A stretch of DNA of 63,152 nucleotides, counting the filler, from Chiloscyllium plagiosum (taxonomy: Eukaryota): the NCBI RefSeq assembly GCF_004010195.1. It is 10 parts of 10 records of this genome, joined end to end, with 100 filler letters (N's around TTAATTAATTAA, not from the genome) between each part and the next. Parts side by side here need not be neighbours in the genome. Positions count along the whole stretch, not along the records: positions 31,697 to 40,283 come from NW_025211254.1; positions 40,384 to 63,152 come from NW_025214780.1; 8 more parts are not named here. One strand, given 5' to 3'. How positions within the stretch are numbered: the stretch's first letter is position 1; each line of letters begins with the position of its first letter. Below, one piece after another: positions 36,600 through 49,247 of the stretch. The position numbers and the translations under genes are program-made. The notes under the pieces were generated by a model that saw nothing but the letters and a program-made list of their open reading frames with translations, had not been told where the DNA came from and did no database searches.

Positions 36600-39073
36600 A
36601 GAAACATAAAAATGCAGGGAAATCAATAGTAGAACAAACTTAAAGAGTTTGTATCTAAATGCAAGAAGCATTCTGAGTAAGGGAGACAAAATGATGCCAC
36701 TAATCAAGGTCAATTGAGTTTCCAAGGAATAAAAAATAATTAAAGTGAAGGAGGGCTCAGGAGAGGTTATTCAAGTTTCCAGAAGACATAATGGGACAGA
36801 GAGTGTGGAAAGGATCAGGTATCGAATGTAAAGCACAGCAGATAAGGGGACAATGATGGGAAGGAGGGCAGTCAATGCAGGACTTAAAAGCACACAGTAT
36901 ACACAATGAGCTTGTCGTGCTGGTTGAAACTGGCAGGTACGGTGCTGTGGCTGTCACAGAGACATGGCTGTAAGGGGATCCGGGCTGGGAACTAAATATC
37001 TAAGGATACATGTCCTATCAAAAGGACAGACAGATGGACAGAGGGAGAAGAGCTGCATTGTTAGTAAGAAATGAAATTAAATCAATAGCAAGTAGGGATA
37101 TAGAGTCAGAAAGGGTAGAATTTGTGAGGGTAGAGTCGAGGAACCACAAAAAATAAAGAATTTGATGCAAATTATGTTCAGGTCTCTAAGCAGTAATCAG
37201 GGTGTGGGGAAGGAAATCAATCAGGACGTTATGGCAGACTTCAATGGATAGGTGGACTGGGTAGCTCGTCTCAAGAAAAGAATTTCATGGAATCTCTATG
37301 AGATGATTTTTGGAGCAGTTTGTGGTTGAGCCATTGGAACAGGCAGTTCAGGATCCAGTGATGTGTAATGAGGCAAACTTGATTAGTGAGCTAAGGTGAA
37401 AGTATCCCTATATACGAAAGATTTCCAACTGTAGTTTGAGAGGGAGAATGAGTAAAGTTAACTCCAAATATATGAGGAAGGAGCTGACCAGAGTTGATTG
37501 GAAGGGGAGCCAAGCAGGTAAGATGGTGGGGCAGCAAACAGCAGAGTTTCTGGGGGTAATTCAGGAAGCAGAGTAGGAAGTGATCCCAAAAAAGAAGAAA
37601 CATACTAAGGGGAGGACAGACAACCACGGCTGATGATCGAGGTCAATGACACATAAAAACAAAAGAAAAATCACACAATGTGATGAAGAATTGTGGGAAG
37701 CCAAAGGATTAGGAAATATTTCAAAGCTTGGAGAGGATAATGAGAAAAGCATTAATGGTAGAGAAGGTGAAATGTGGGGATAAGCTAGTCAGTAATACAA
37801 AAGAAGATTGCAAGAGTTTCTTTAGATATATAAAAAGGAAGAGAGAGGCAAAAATAGACATTGGATCACTGGAAAATGAGGCTGGAGAAAGAATAATAGG
37901 AAATGAAGCAATAACAGAGGAATTGAATCAATACTTTGCATCAGTCTGCACAATGGAAAACACCAGCAGAATACCAATACTTCAAGACTGTCAGGGGTGA
38001 GTGTAGTCGCCATCACTAAGGAGGAGTTACTGGGGAAGCTGGAAGGTCTGAATGTGGATAACTCACCCAGACTGGATGAACTACATGAGTGTGTTCTGAA
38101 GGAGATCACTGAGGAGATTGTGGGGTCATTGGTGATGATCTTTCAGGAATCTGTGGATTAGAGGCATGAAGGTGGGGTGGGGAGGGATTTGATAGTGGCA
38201 AGGAACTGGAAAATGGCTGATAAAAACCCCTGTTTAAGAAGGGAAAGAGGGAGAAGATGAGAAATTATAGGCCAGTTAGCCTGGATTCAGTTGTTGGTAA
38301 GGTTTTAGACTTCAATTTAAGGATGAAATTGCAGAGGACTTGAAGTGCATTGGGAAAATAGGGCTGAGTCAACACGGCTTCATCAAGGGGAGATCATGCC
38401 TGGCAAATCTGTTCGAATTCTTTGAGGAGACAATGAGCCAGTCAGACAAAGGAGAGTCCGAAGAAGTAATCTATTTGGATTTCCAGAAGGCCTTTGACAT
38501 AATATAAGGACCATAGTGTTGGGGGTAAGTTCCTGGTGTGGACTGAGGACTGGCAGGTTGGCATAAAGCAGTGAGTGAGGAACAATTGCAGCTGGTGACT
38601 GGTAGAGTCCTGTAGGGGTCAATGTTGGGACCATAACTATTCACATTATACATTAACAACCTGGATGAAGGAAGTGAAGACATTGTTGCTAAGTTGGCAG
38701 ATGGCATGAGATAGGTGGAGGGACAGGTAGTGTTGAGGAGGTGGGAAGGCTGCAAAAGGTCCTGAATAGGCTCAGAGAGGGGGCAAAGAAGTGGCAGATA
38801 GAATACAATGTGTTAGAGTGTGTGGTTATGCACTTTGGTAGGAAGAAGAGATGCAAAGTCTGTTTTCGAAATGAGGAAAACCTTTGGAAATCTAAAGCAC
38901 AAACCTCAACTTTCTCTTCAGGTTAACAGGCAGGTCCAGCTTGTGCTTGGGAAGGCAAATGAAAAGATAGCTTTCATTTCAATAGAGCTAGAATACAAGA
39001 GCAGAGATGTACTGCTGAAGCTGTGTAAGGCTCTGGTCAGACTGCATTTGGAGTATTGTGAGTAGATTTGGGA
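36600..39073 (+). mobile_element. Degenerate CR1 LINE ORF2 (endonuclease plus RT)
   Basis: YLNARS, AVTETWL, KSFFRYIK, ELNQYFASV, LDFQKAFD and LVRLHLEYC motifs with many stops and frameshifts. Confidence 0.85.
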
Positions 39074-39863
39074 NNNNNNNNNNNNNNNNNNNNNNNNNNN
39101 NNNNNNNNNNNNNNNNNNNNNNNNNNNNNNNNNNNNNNNNNNNNNNNNNNNNNNNNNNNNNNNNNNNNNNNNNNNNNNNNNNNNNNNNNNNNNNNNNNNN
39201 NNNNNNNNNNNNNNNNNNNNNNNNNNNNNNNNNNNNNNNNNNNNNNNNNNNNNNNNNNNNNNNNNNNNNNNNNNNNNNNNNNNNNNNNNNNNNNNNNNNN
39301 NNNNNNNNNNNNNNNNNNNNNNNNNNNNNNNNNNNNNNNNNNNNNNNNNNNNNNNNNNNNNNNNNNNNNNNNNNNNNNNNNNNNNNNNNNNNNNNNNNNN
39401 NNNNNNNNNNNNNNNNNNNNNNNNNNNNNNNNNNNNNNNNNNNNNNNNNNNNNNNNNNNNNNNNNNNNNNNNNNNNNNNNNNNNNNNNNNNNNNNNNNNN
39501 NNNNNNNNNNNNNNNNNNNNNNNNNNNNNNNNNNNNNNNNNNNNNNNNNNNNNNNNNNNNNNNNNNNNNNNNNNNNNNNNNNNNNNNNNNNNNNNNNNNN
39601 NNNNNNNNNNNNNNNNNNNNNNNNNNNNNNNNNNNNNNNNNNNNNNNNNNNNNNNNNNNNNNNNNNNNNNNNNNNNNNNNNNNNNNNNNNNNNNNNNNNN
39701 NNNNNNNNNNNNNNNNNNNNNNNNNNNNNNNNNNNNNNNNNNNNNNNNNNNNNNNNNNNNNNNNNNNNNNNNNNNNNNNNNNNNNNNNNNNNNNNNNNNN
39801 NNNNNNNNNNNNNNNNNNNNNNNNNNNNNNNNNNNNNNNNNNNNNNNNNNNNNNNNNNNNNNN

Positions 39864-40283
39864 ATCAATTGGTATTTCTGCAGCTGCAGATGGGAATCCA
39901 GGATGGTGTGTTGTCTCCCTGGTGCCAGGGTCAAGGATGTCACTGAGCAGCTGCAGAGCACCCTAAGGGGAGAGGGGCAACAGGCAGCAGTGGTGGTCCA
40001 CATCGGTCCCAGTGACAGAGGGAAAAAAGGGATGTGGTCCTGCAGTCAGAATTTGGGGGGTTCAGGAGGGAATTAGCAGCAGGAACTATAATGTAGGAAT
40101 CTCTGGATTACTCCCACTGCCCCAGCGCAAGTGAAAATAGGAACAGGAGGTTAACACAGGTGATTGTGGAGCTGGAAAGAGGGTCCAGGAAGGAGGGCCT
40201 TGGATTCTTGTGAGGTGGTTTACTAGTGCTGATGGAGAGGGTTTAAACTGACTTGGCAGGACTGTGGGAGCCAGGCGGGAATA
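39864..40283 (+). mobile_element. CR1 ORF1 (esterase-like) fragment
   Basis: MVCCLPGARVKDV and VVVHIG motifs; very similar to 44114-44400. Confidence 0.75.
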
Positions 40284-40383
40284 NNNNNNNNNNNNNNNNN
40301 NNNNNNNNNNNNNNNNNNNNNNNNNNNTTAATTAATTAANNNNNNNNNNNNNNNNNNNNNNNNNNNNNNNNNNNNNNNNNNNN

Positions 40384-41868
40384 ATATAACTCCACTTTTT
40401 AATAAAAGGAGGGGGAGTGAAAATGAGGAATTATACATGAGGAAAACACTGGAGTCGGTTATTAAAGATACAGTAACCAAGCATTTGGAAAGCAATGACA
40501 GGATAGGTCTAAGTCAGTATGGATTTACTAAAGGGAAATCAGGCCTGACACATCTTCTGGAAGGTTTTGAGGATGTGATCAGTAGAGAGTGGACAAGGCT
40601 GAATCAGTGGACAATAAAAACAAAAATTGATGAAACATTTCGGCAGATCTGGCAGTATCTGTGGAGAACAATCAAAGTTAGCGTTTCGGATTGAGTGACC
40701 CTCCCTCAGAACTCAGTGGATGTTGTGTGACTGGACTTTCAAAAGGCTTTTGACAAGATCCCTTACAAGAGATTAGTGAGCAAAATTAAACCTCATGGTA
40801 CTGGAGGTAATGTATTGACATGGAGAGAGAAAGCAGAGAGTTGGAATAAATGGGTCCTTCTCAGAGTGGCAGGCAGTGATGAGTGGGGTACCGCAGGGTT
40901 CAGTGCTGGGACCCCAGCTGTTCACAATATACATAAACGACATGGACAAAGGAATTCAATGTAATCCCTCCAAATTTGCAGATGACACTCAGTTGGGTGG
41001 CAATGTGTACTGTGAGGAGGATGCTAAGAGGCTGCAGGGTGACTTGGACAGGCTGGCTGAGTGGACAAATACTTGGCAAATGCAATATAATGTGGGTAAA
41101 TGTGAGATTATCCACTTTGGTGGTAAAGCAGGAAGTCAGATTATTAATGAATGGTGGAAGTTTAGGAAAAGGTGAGGTGCAATGAGAGCTGGGTGTCACG
41201 GTGGAACAGTCACTGAAAGGGGGCATGCAGGTGCAGCAGGCAGTGAGGAAAGCTAATGGCATGATGGCCTTCACAGTGAGAGGATTTGTGTATTGGAGTA
41301 AGGATGCCTTGCAGAATTATACAGTACATTGGTGAGGCCTCACCTTGAGTATTGTGTGCAGTTTTGGTCTCCGAGTCTGAGGAAGGACATTCTTGCTATT
41401 GAGGGAGTCCAGCAAAGGTTCACCAGACTGATTCCTGCGACAGCAGGACTGACGTATGAGGAAAGACTGGATCGACTGGGCTTGTACTCACTGGGATTTA
41501 GAAGAATGAGGGGACTCTCACAGAAACATGTAAAATCCTGATGGGATTTGACAGGCTCGATGCTGGAAGAATGTTCTCGATATTAGAAAGTCCAGAACTC
41601 GGGGTCACAGTCTAAGATTAAGGGTTAAGTTATTCAGATGTGGAACCCTATGGAATGCTCTACCACAGAAAGCTGGTGGGGCCAGTTTGTTCAATATATT
41701 CAAGAAGGATGTGGCCCTTGAGGCTAAAGGGATTTATGGGTATGGGAGAGAGTGGGAATGGGATACTGAGATTGCATAATCAGCCATGATCATATTGAAC
41801 AGTGGGGCAGGCTCGAAGGGCTGAATGGCCTATTCCTGCAGCTATTTTATATGCTTCTACATTTCTCA
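40384..41868 (+). mobile_element. CR1 LINE RT and 3' end
   Basis: SGVPQGSVLGPQLFTIYINDMD, KFADDT, VRPHLEYCVQFWSP and the 3' UTR GATCAGCCATGATC. Confidence 0.9.
40612..40712 (-). mobile_element. ~100-bp hammerhead-type (family 2) Penelope terminal-repeat fragment with an 8-bp TSD
   Basis: TCAGTGGA at 40604-40611 and 40713-40720; minus strand CTGAGGGAGGGTCACTCAATCCGAAACGCTAAC. Confidence 0.65.
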
Positions 41869-41899
41869 TGATAGTTAGATTGGGGTATGGGGGAGTGGA

Positions 41900-43592
41900 T
41901 TTACTCTGTCATTAAGAAGTGCAATTACATCAACAGCAAGAGGAAATTTTGAGTTGGACTGCATAGAATCTGTGTGAGTCAACTTAAGAAACCACAAAGG
42001 AACAAAGACTCTGATGGGAGTTTTGTACAAGCCTCCTCGCAGTAGTCGGGATGTGGGGCAGAAAATAAATCAGGAGATAGAAAAGACATGTAAGAAAGGG
42101 ATCATTACAATAATCATGGGGACTGCAATATGCAGGTGGACTGGGAAATCAAGTTGGTAATGGATCTCAAGGAAAGGAATTCATGGAATGTCTGCGAGAG
42201 GCTGTTTTTGGAACAGCTTGTGATAGACCCACGAGAAAACAGGTCATTCCGGATTCGGTGATGTGTAATGAGGCAGCTCTGATTGGGGAGCTGAAGGTGA
42301 GTGAACCCTGAGGGGGCAGTGACCATAATGTGATAGAATTCACCCTGCAGTTCGAGAGGGAGAAGCTGGGAATTAGATATAATAATCAGAGTTAATGAGC
42401 CAAGTTAGACAAAGGAGAGCCAAGGGACATGATCTATTTGTATTTCTAGAAGGCCTTTGACAAGTTGCCACACAGGAGGCTGCTAAATAACATAAGAGCC
42501 CATGGGGTTTGGGGCCCGGTAGTGAAATGTACAGAGAGTGGAAATAAATGGGTCTTTTGCAGGATGGCAGCTGGTGCCTCATGCAGTTCAGCAGGGGGCA
42601 GTGTTGGGACCTCAGCTATTCATGTAATAATTAATTACATATTAACGATCTGGGAAAAGGGACTGAGGGCATTGTTGGTAAATTTGCTGATGACACAAAG
42701 ATGAGGGGAGGGACAGAGAGAGTTGAGGAATCAGGGAGGCTGCAGAAGGACTTGGAAAGGCTCAGAGGGTGGGCAAAGATGTGGCAAATGGAATACAATG
42801 TGGGAAAGTGTGAGGTTATAGTAGGAAAAATAGAGGCTTAAACTGTTTTCTAAATGGGGCAATTTGGAATTCTGAAGCACAACAGGACTTAGGAGTCCTC
42901 TTTCAGGTTTCTCTTAAGATTAGCATGTAGGTTCAGTTGACAATTAGGAAGACAAATGCAATGTTAGCATTCATTTCAACTGAGTTAGAATACAAGAGCA
43001 GGTATGTCCTGCTGAGGCTGTATGAGACTCTGGCCAGACTGCATTTGGAATATTGTGAACAGTTTTGGGACCTGTATCTAAGGAGGGATGTGCTTGTATT
43101 GGGGGAGGTCCAGAGGAGGTTTATAAGAATGACCCTGGGGATGACAGCCTGGTCTGATGAGGAGAGATTGAGGACTGTGAATGTGTATTTGATGGAGTTC
43201 AGAAGGATATGGGGAGATCTCATTGAAACTTACAGAACACCGAGAGGCCTGGATAGAGTGGACATGGAGAAGATGTTTCCACCAGTAAGATAAACTCGGA
43301 CCATTGGGCACAGTCACAGAGTTAAGGGATAATCCGTTAGGACTGCGATGAGGAAGAATCTCTTCTGCCAGAGGGTGGTTAATCTGTGGAACTCATTGCT
43401 GTGGTGATGAAGTTATTGAGCGTATTTCAGACAGACATTGATAGATTCTTGATTGGAAAGGCAATTAAACATAATGGGAAGAAGGCAGGAGAATGGTCGT
43501 GAGAAACACATCAGCCATGACCAAGTAGCACAGCAGACTTGATGGGGCGAATGGCCTAATTCTGCTTTGATATCATCAGGTCTTATGGTCTT
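41900..43592 (+). mobile_element. Internally deleted CR1 LINE
   Basis: Endonuclease fragment joined to RT/C-terminal motifs (ARLHLEYCEQFW) and a 3' tail. Confidence 0.8.
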
Positions 43593-43679
43593 TTGAAGAG
43601 ACTCTACAAAACCCCAGAACACTGAACCCACTGGACTGTGAGCCTTGCTGTAGCTGTTTGTCATCAGAACTTTGCCAAG

Positions 43680-46600
43680 TGATAACCATTTGGGAACTTC
43701 AGGATGCTTCCCAGCTCCTGGAATACCATGAGTTTAGGAAGTGTGGCCAGTGACAGCAGTTGGAGCTCCGGGTTTCAGAGCTTGAACAGCAACTGGTGTC
43801 AGTGCGTAGTGTCCGTGAGGCTGAGAGCTCTGTGGAGAGCACGTTTCTAGATGTGGTCACTCTGCAGCTTCAGAGTATGCAGGGAGAGAGGGAATGGGGG
43901 AGCAGCAGACAGTCCAAAAGGATCAGGCAGCTCGTACAGGAATTCCCTGAGTGCATCCCACTCTCCAATCGGGATTCAGTTTGGAATCCTGATGAGAATG
44001 ATGGGGAGTGCAGCCAGAGCCAAGTCCACGGCACCACGGGGGGCACAGCTGTACAGGGGGGCACAAGGAAGACAGGAAGAGTGATAGTGGGAGGAGATTA
44101 GAGAGCAAAGGCAATTGATTGGTGTTTCTGCAGCTGCAGATGGGAATCCAGGATGGTGTGTTGTCTCCCTGGTGCCAGGGTCAAGGATGTCACTGAGTGG
44201 CTGCAGAGCACCCTGAGGGGAGAGGGGGAACAGGCAGCAGTTGTGGGCCACATTGGTCCCAGTGACAGAGGGAGAAAAGGGATGTGGTCGTGCGGTCAGA
44301 ATTTAGGGATCTCGGGAAGGAATTAGCAGCAGGAGCTCAAGAGTAGGAATCTCCAGATTAATCCCAGTGATCAATGCAAATGAGAATAGGAACAGGAGGA
44401 TGAACTCATGGAACTCAGCCCGGACAATCACAAAGGCCAACCTCCCATCTATAGAATCCATCTACCAGGCCCACTGTCAAGGAAAGGCCGCCAGCATTCT
44501 CAAAGATCCATTTCACCCTGGCAATGCTTTTCTACAAGTGCCATCAAGGAAAACATACAAAAGCTTGAACACTTGCTCCAGCCAGTTTCGAAACAGTTTG
44601 TATCCTACTGTTGTTAGAATACTGAATGGACTCTCAAACTCTTAACATTATCCTGTACCTGTATTTTTGTTTTTCCCGCTGTTTATTTATTATTTACTTA
44701 TCTATGCTACTTAACTCTGTAATCTGCCTGTTTTGCTTGCAAGACAAAGCTTTTCACTGTGCCTCAGTACACGTGACAATAAATTCAATTCAATACAATT
44801 CAATTCAACTCAATAAGACAGGTATATGTGAGGCTGGAAAGATGGTCCAGGAGGGTTTAGATTCTTGGGACTTTGAAAATGACTCTGGGGGAGATGTGAT
44901 CTCTATAAACCAAATGGGTTGCTCCTGTACAGAGCAGGAACTGAGCTCCTTGCTTGTGTTGTTGTAGAGGGTTTAAACTAACATAGAAAGGCTGTGGGAA
45001 CCAGGAGGTAATATCAGCGAGCAACACCAAGGAACACAGAATCCTGGGAGAGGTAGATAGCACCAGAATAAGGAATAGTAACTTATTAGACAGGGTCAGA
45101 GCAAGGGAGAGAGTAATAAATTCCAAATCTGGCTGACTGTGCGTGTATGAGACTACACATAGTGTAGGGAATAAGTCCTGGGAGGTGCAAACGCAGACTG
45201 CCAAGTGGAAATCTGATGTTGTTGCTCTAACAGATGAGGCTCACATGAGGACAGGGTGTTAAATATTCCTGGATACAAGGTGTTCAGGAAAGATAGGAAA
45301 GGAGGGAAATGGTGAGAGGTGTGGGATTGTTTAAGGAGATCAGTGCAGAGCAGAAAGAGGATGTCCCAGGGGGGTCAAGGACAGAATCGATTTGTTTCAA
45401 GATAAGGAACAAAAAAGGTGCAATCAGGTTGTTGAGTGCAGTCTGTCGGTCACCAACTAGAGGGAAGGATGTCGAGGGACAAACCTGCAAGGAATTTACA
45501 GAGAGGTGGAAACATTAGGGGGATCTTTAATTATCAAAATATAGACTGGGATAGTAGCAGTGTGAAAGGCAGAGAGGGGCCAGAGCTTTGAGAGTGTGTT
45601 CAGGTGAATTTTCTCCAGCTGTTTGTTCCCATTCCAATCCGAAAGGAAGCTCTACAAGTCCTGGACCTTGGGAATGAGGAGGCCCAAGTAGGTCAAGTGT
45701 CAGTGAGAGGACATTTAGGGAAGAGTGACCATTGTATCACAAGGTTTAGGGGGACCATGGAAAAGGACAAAGGACAATCCAGAGTAAAGTCATGATCATG
45801 GATCGTATCCTACAGATCACCTCCAAATGTCTCACACTTAGATATTTTCACATTCTTTTTTCAAACAGAATATGGATGAGTCACAAAACTAATATTTTGC
45901 CTCAATATTTACCATTGAGAAAGACATGGAAATGAAGGAAATTTGGGAAATAAATGTTGATGTCTTGAGAAGAGTCCCCATTACAGAAGAAGGAGTGCAG
46001 TAATCTGTTCTTAAAACTCATAAAGGTAGATAAACCCCATGACCTGATCAGGTCCATCCCAGTACTTTGTGGGAAGCTTGGGAAGAGACAGTGACACCCC
46101 TTGGTGAGATGTTTGTATCATCAACAGCCACGGGTGATGTGCTGGAAGACTGGAGCATTGCTGATGTTGTGTTGTTAGTTAAGAAGGTCTGCAAGGAATT
46201 ATAGCCCAGTGAGACTGATGTCAGTGGTGAGTAAGTTGTTGGAGGCGATTTTGAAAGACAAGGCATTTGGAAAGACAAGGATTGACTTGGAATTTTCTGC
46301 ATGGCTTTGCAAGTGGGAAATAGTGTCTCACAAATTTGATTGCATTTTTTTAAAGACATGACCAAGAAGATAGCTGAAAGCAGAGTGGTAGACATTACCC
46401 ACATGGACTTTAGCAAGGCCTTTGACAAGTTCCCGCATGGACATCTGGTTAGTAAGGTTAGATCAAATGGAATCCAGGGAGAGCCAGCCAATTGGTACAA
46501 AATTAGCTTAAGAGTTGGAGACAGAAAGTGATGGTAGAAGGTTGTTGTTCAGACTGGAAGCCTGTGACCAGCAGTGTGGTGAAAGGAATTGTTTGGGTTA

Positions 46601-47440
46601 ATCATTGTTTGTCAATTATAGAAAGGATTTGAAGGAGATTATCAGAAGTATGGTTTGTGAGTTGCAGATGACACCAAAATTGGTGGCAGAGTGGTCAGTG
46701 AAGAAGGCTATTTGAGAGTACATGTACATTCCATATTGAGAGAATAGCGAGGTGTTACATTTTGGTACAAAAACCAGGCCAGGGCTTACACAGTTAATTG
46801 TAGGGCCATGGGGAGTGTTGTCAAAGAGGGAGACCAAGGGGTGGAGGCATATAGAGTACTGTAACTGGTGTCACATGTAGACAGGGTGGTGAAGAAAGCA
46901 TTTGGTACACTTGCCTTCATCAGTCAGAGCATTGAGTGTGGGAGTTGGGACATTATATTAGCTCTTCAAGATATTGGTCAGGCCATATTTCTGGTCATCC
47001 TGCTATTGGCATGATGTCATTAAACTGGAAAAGGTGTAATAAAATGATAAGGCTGTCACCAAGACTGGAGGGTTTGAGTTATAAGGAGAGGCTGGTTAGG
47101 CCTGGGCTATTTTCCTTGGAAGATCAGAGGCTGCACGGTGACATTTTAGAGATTTATAAAATCATAATGGGCATAGATAAGGTGACTAGCCAAGGTTTTT
47201 TTCCCCAGGGTAGGATAGTCCAAAACTAGAGGGCAGAGGTTTAAAGTGAGAGGGGAAAGATTCAAAAGGGGCCTGAAGTGCACCTCTTTCACATAGAGGG
47301 CAGTGAGTGTATTAAATGAGCTGCCAGAGGAAGTCGTAGAGGCAAGTCTGATTTAAAAGATATTTGAACAGGTACACGGAGAGGAAAGATATAGGGGGAA
47401 ATGATCCAAATGCAGGCAAATGGGATGACAGGGAATAGAT
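43680..47440 (+). mobile_element. Near full-span degenerate CR1 (ORF1 plus ORF2) interrupted by Rex1
   Basis: ORF1 ELRVSELEQQL and esterase-like segments; ORF2 MDFSKAFDKFPH and ADDTK. Confidence 0.8.
44407..44813 (+). mobile_element. Rex1/Babar-type LINE 3' end nested in CR1 ORF1
   Basis: LPSIESIY...KAASILKDPFHPG...FRNSLYPTVVRILN, then AATAAA and a (CAATT)n tail. Confidence 0.75.
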
Positions 47441-48122
47441 AAGGTGAATAATTCGTGAAGGATGTGAATATTTTGCAAATGAACTAAGAAATATTCCCAT
47501 GGAAGGTCCAGGGACAAGGAATGGCAGTTATGAAAATATATTGGAGAAGTTTGGACTGTCATCCTTGGAGAAGAGAAGGCTGAGAGGAAATTTGTTTGAG
47601 GAATTCAAAATCAGGAGAGGTCTAGACAGAGTAAACAGAGAGAAAATGTTCCCACTCATGAAAAGATTGAAAGCGAGAGACCACAGATTGAAAGTAATTC
47701 GTAAAAAAATCAAAAGTGAGATGAGGAAAAACAGTTTCAGCCAGTGGGTGGTTAAGGTGTGGAATGCACTGCCTGAGAGTGTGGTGGAGGCAGCTTCAAT
47801 TGAAACATTCCGAAGGGAATGAGACTATTATTTGAAAAGGAACAATGTGCAGGGTGACAGGGAGAAGGCAGGAGAATGACACTCAGTGAATTGAGCTCCT
47901 CCACACGGTGAGTAAAACTGACTGACTTAGATCTTGCTGCTTAAAGGGAGCAATGGAATTAAAGAAATACAGCTGGACACCCTGTTAGACACAGTGCTCC
48001 TCAATCAACCATTTCATTCACTGCAGCTCCCCACTAACACCTTCAACAATTCAGTATTTGTGTATTAGAAAGTGTATTTCAGTATTGACAGGATTCATAA
48101 TGGAGGATTGAGGTTTACTTAC

Positions 48123-48157
48123 TCAGTCTGAGTTTGGTTCCTTTACCGAACGTGTAC
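48123..48157 (-). CDS. IGKJ: Jk segment
   Basis: YTFGKGTKLRL (FGxG motif); phase-1 donor A|GTAAGT is compatible with the Ck acceptor. Confidence 0.95.
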
Positions 48158-48196
48158 CACAGTGAGAGCTCCCAGTGCAGAGGCTGCACAAAAATC
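48158..48196 (+). promoter_or_regulatory. 23-RSS of Jk
   Basis: CACAGTG (48158-48164) + 23 nt + ACAAAAATC (48188-48196). Confidence 0.95.
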
Positions 48197-48202
48197 TCTG
48201 CT

Positions 48203-48500
48203 CTCTGCTTCCCTCTGTCACTCTCAACCTCTCCCTGTCTCTTTCTGTCTTTTACTCACTCTCACCCTCTTCCTGTCTCTCTCTCTCTCTGTCTCTCACT
48301 TACTCTCATGTTCTCTTTGGCATTCATGTCTTTCTGTTTTTCTCATTCTATTTTTCTCTCTCTCTCTCTTTCTCCCTCTCTCTCACGCTCTCTCTCTCTC
48401 TTTTTCTCTCCCTGGGTTGTGTCCAGCTGGGCTCAGGCTGTTTGTGAACTTCATTTTTCAATGTTAAATCTTGCAGCTGAAATATATATATATATATATA
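48203..48500. repeat. CT-rich tract and (TA)n in the V-J interval
   Basis: Degenerate (CT)n at 48203-48412 and (TA)n at ~48482-48500. Confidence 0.85.
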
Positions 48501-48544
48501 ATTGTGGGATGTGTCAGTACAGGAGGTGGTGCTGTGTGTATTGA

Positions 48545-48572
48545 GGTTTTTGTACGGCTCTGTATCACCGTG
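48545..48572 (-). promoter_or_regulatory. 12-RSS of Vk
   Basis: Minus strand CACGGTG + ATACAGAGCCGT (12 nt) + ACAAAAACC. Confidence 0.95.
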
Positions 48573-48872
48573 AAGGCCAGCTGTAACTTTGCTGACAGTA
48601 ATAGTCAGCGACATCCTCATTCTGAACGTCGCTGATTGTCAGGGTGAAGTGTGTGCTGGACACTTCTGTCCCAGTGAATCTGTTGGAGACTCCTGTGAAT
48701 CGGTCTGTTGCATCGTAGATCAGGAGTGAGGGTTTCTGTCCTTCTCGCTGCTGGAACCATTCAACATCAGCACTAGCATCCTCACTGGATTTACAGGTGA
48801 TGGTTGCAGTCTGGCCCAGTCCCACTGACAGCACCGGGGGAGACTGGGTCATGATGATGTCCCCACTGATAC
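48573..48872 (-). CDS. IGKV: Vk exon (NS4-like), germline unrearranged
   Basis: Acceptor CCCTCAG|GT; ISG-DIIMTQSPPVLSVGLGQTATITC...WFQQ...LLIY...EDVADYYCQQSYSWP, open frame. Confidence 0.95.
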
Positions 48873-49058
48873 CTGAGGGGTCAGAGAGAAACACAGTGAA
48901 GTCAGAACTGTCACAGAAAGAGCCTGTCAAATGAGAGATTGTTGGAGACACTGAACATTCCTCTGGTTTCAGCATTTTCCCTTCAATCACAAGTCAGTGG
49001 AATTGGAGTGAAATGGAGAGCAGCTAAAGATTCAAGGTGGAAGGAGAGAGATTTGTAC

Positions 49059-49107
49059 CTGCGACACAGAATGCCAGGGGCCAGATCAGCTGGATGTGTG
49101 AAATCAT
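49059..49107 (-). CDS. IGKV: Vk leader exon
   Basis: ACCATG; MISHIQLIWPLAFCVA(G), 49 nt, phase-1 donor AG|GTACAA. Confidence 0.92.
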
Positions 49108-49167
49108 GGTGTGTGCTCCTGTCCCTGTGCCTGGTTCCTGATAAACTCTCCCTTCACTGGGCTCTGC

Positions 49168-49247
49168 TTTATAAAGCTGCAGCCTGTGAGAGTCTGACTG
49201 GGTGTTCCTCAGTATGTAAATGACATCAGGCAGAGAGAGCCACGTCA
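49168..49247 (-). promoter_or_regulatory. Vk promoter: TATA, variant octamer and CRE-like sites
   Basis: TTTATAAA 49168-49175; ATTTACAT 49214-49221; TGATGTCA 49221-49228; TGACGTGG 49240-49247. Confidence 0.7.

Noticed and set aside
39864-40283. Similarity to 44114-44400 as a contig overlap
   Set aside because: Both are CR1 ORF1 pieces with many differences, so a shared repeat family or paralogy explains it
47900-48030. Heptamers CACGGTG (47904) and CACAGTG (47990) as a second Jk
   Set aside because: No nonamer at 12 or 23 nt and no FGxG frame
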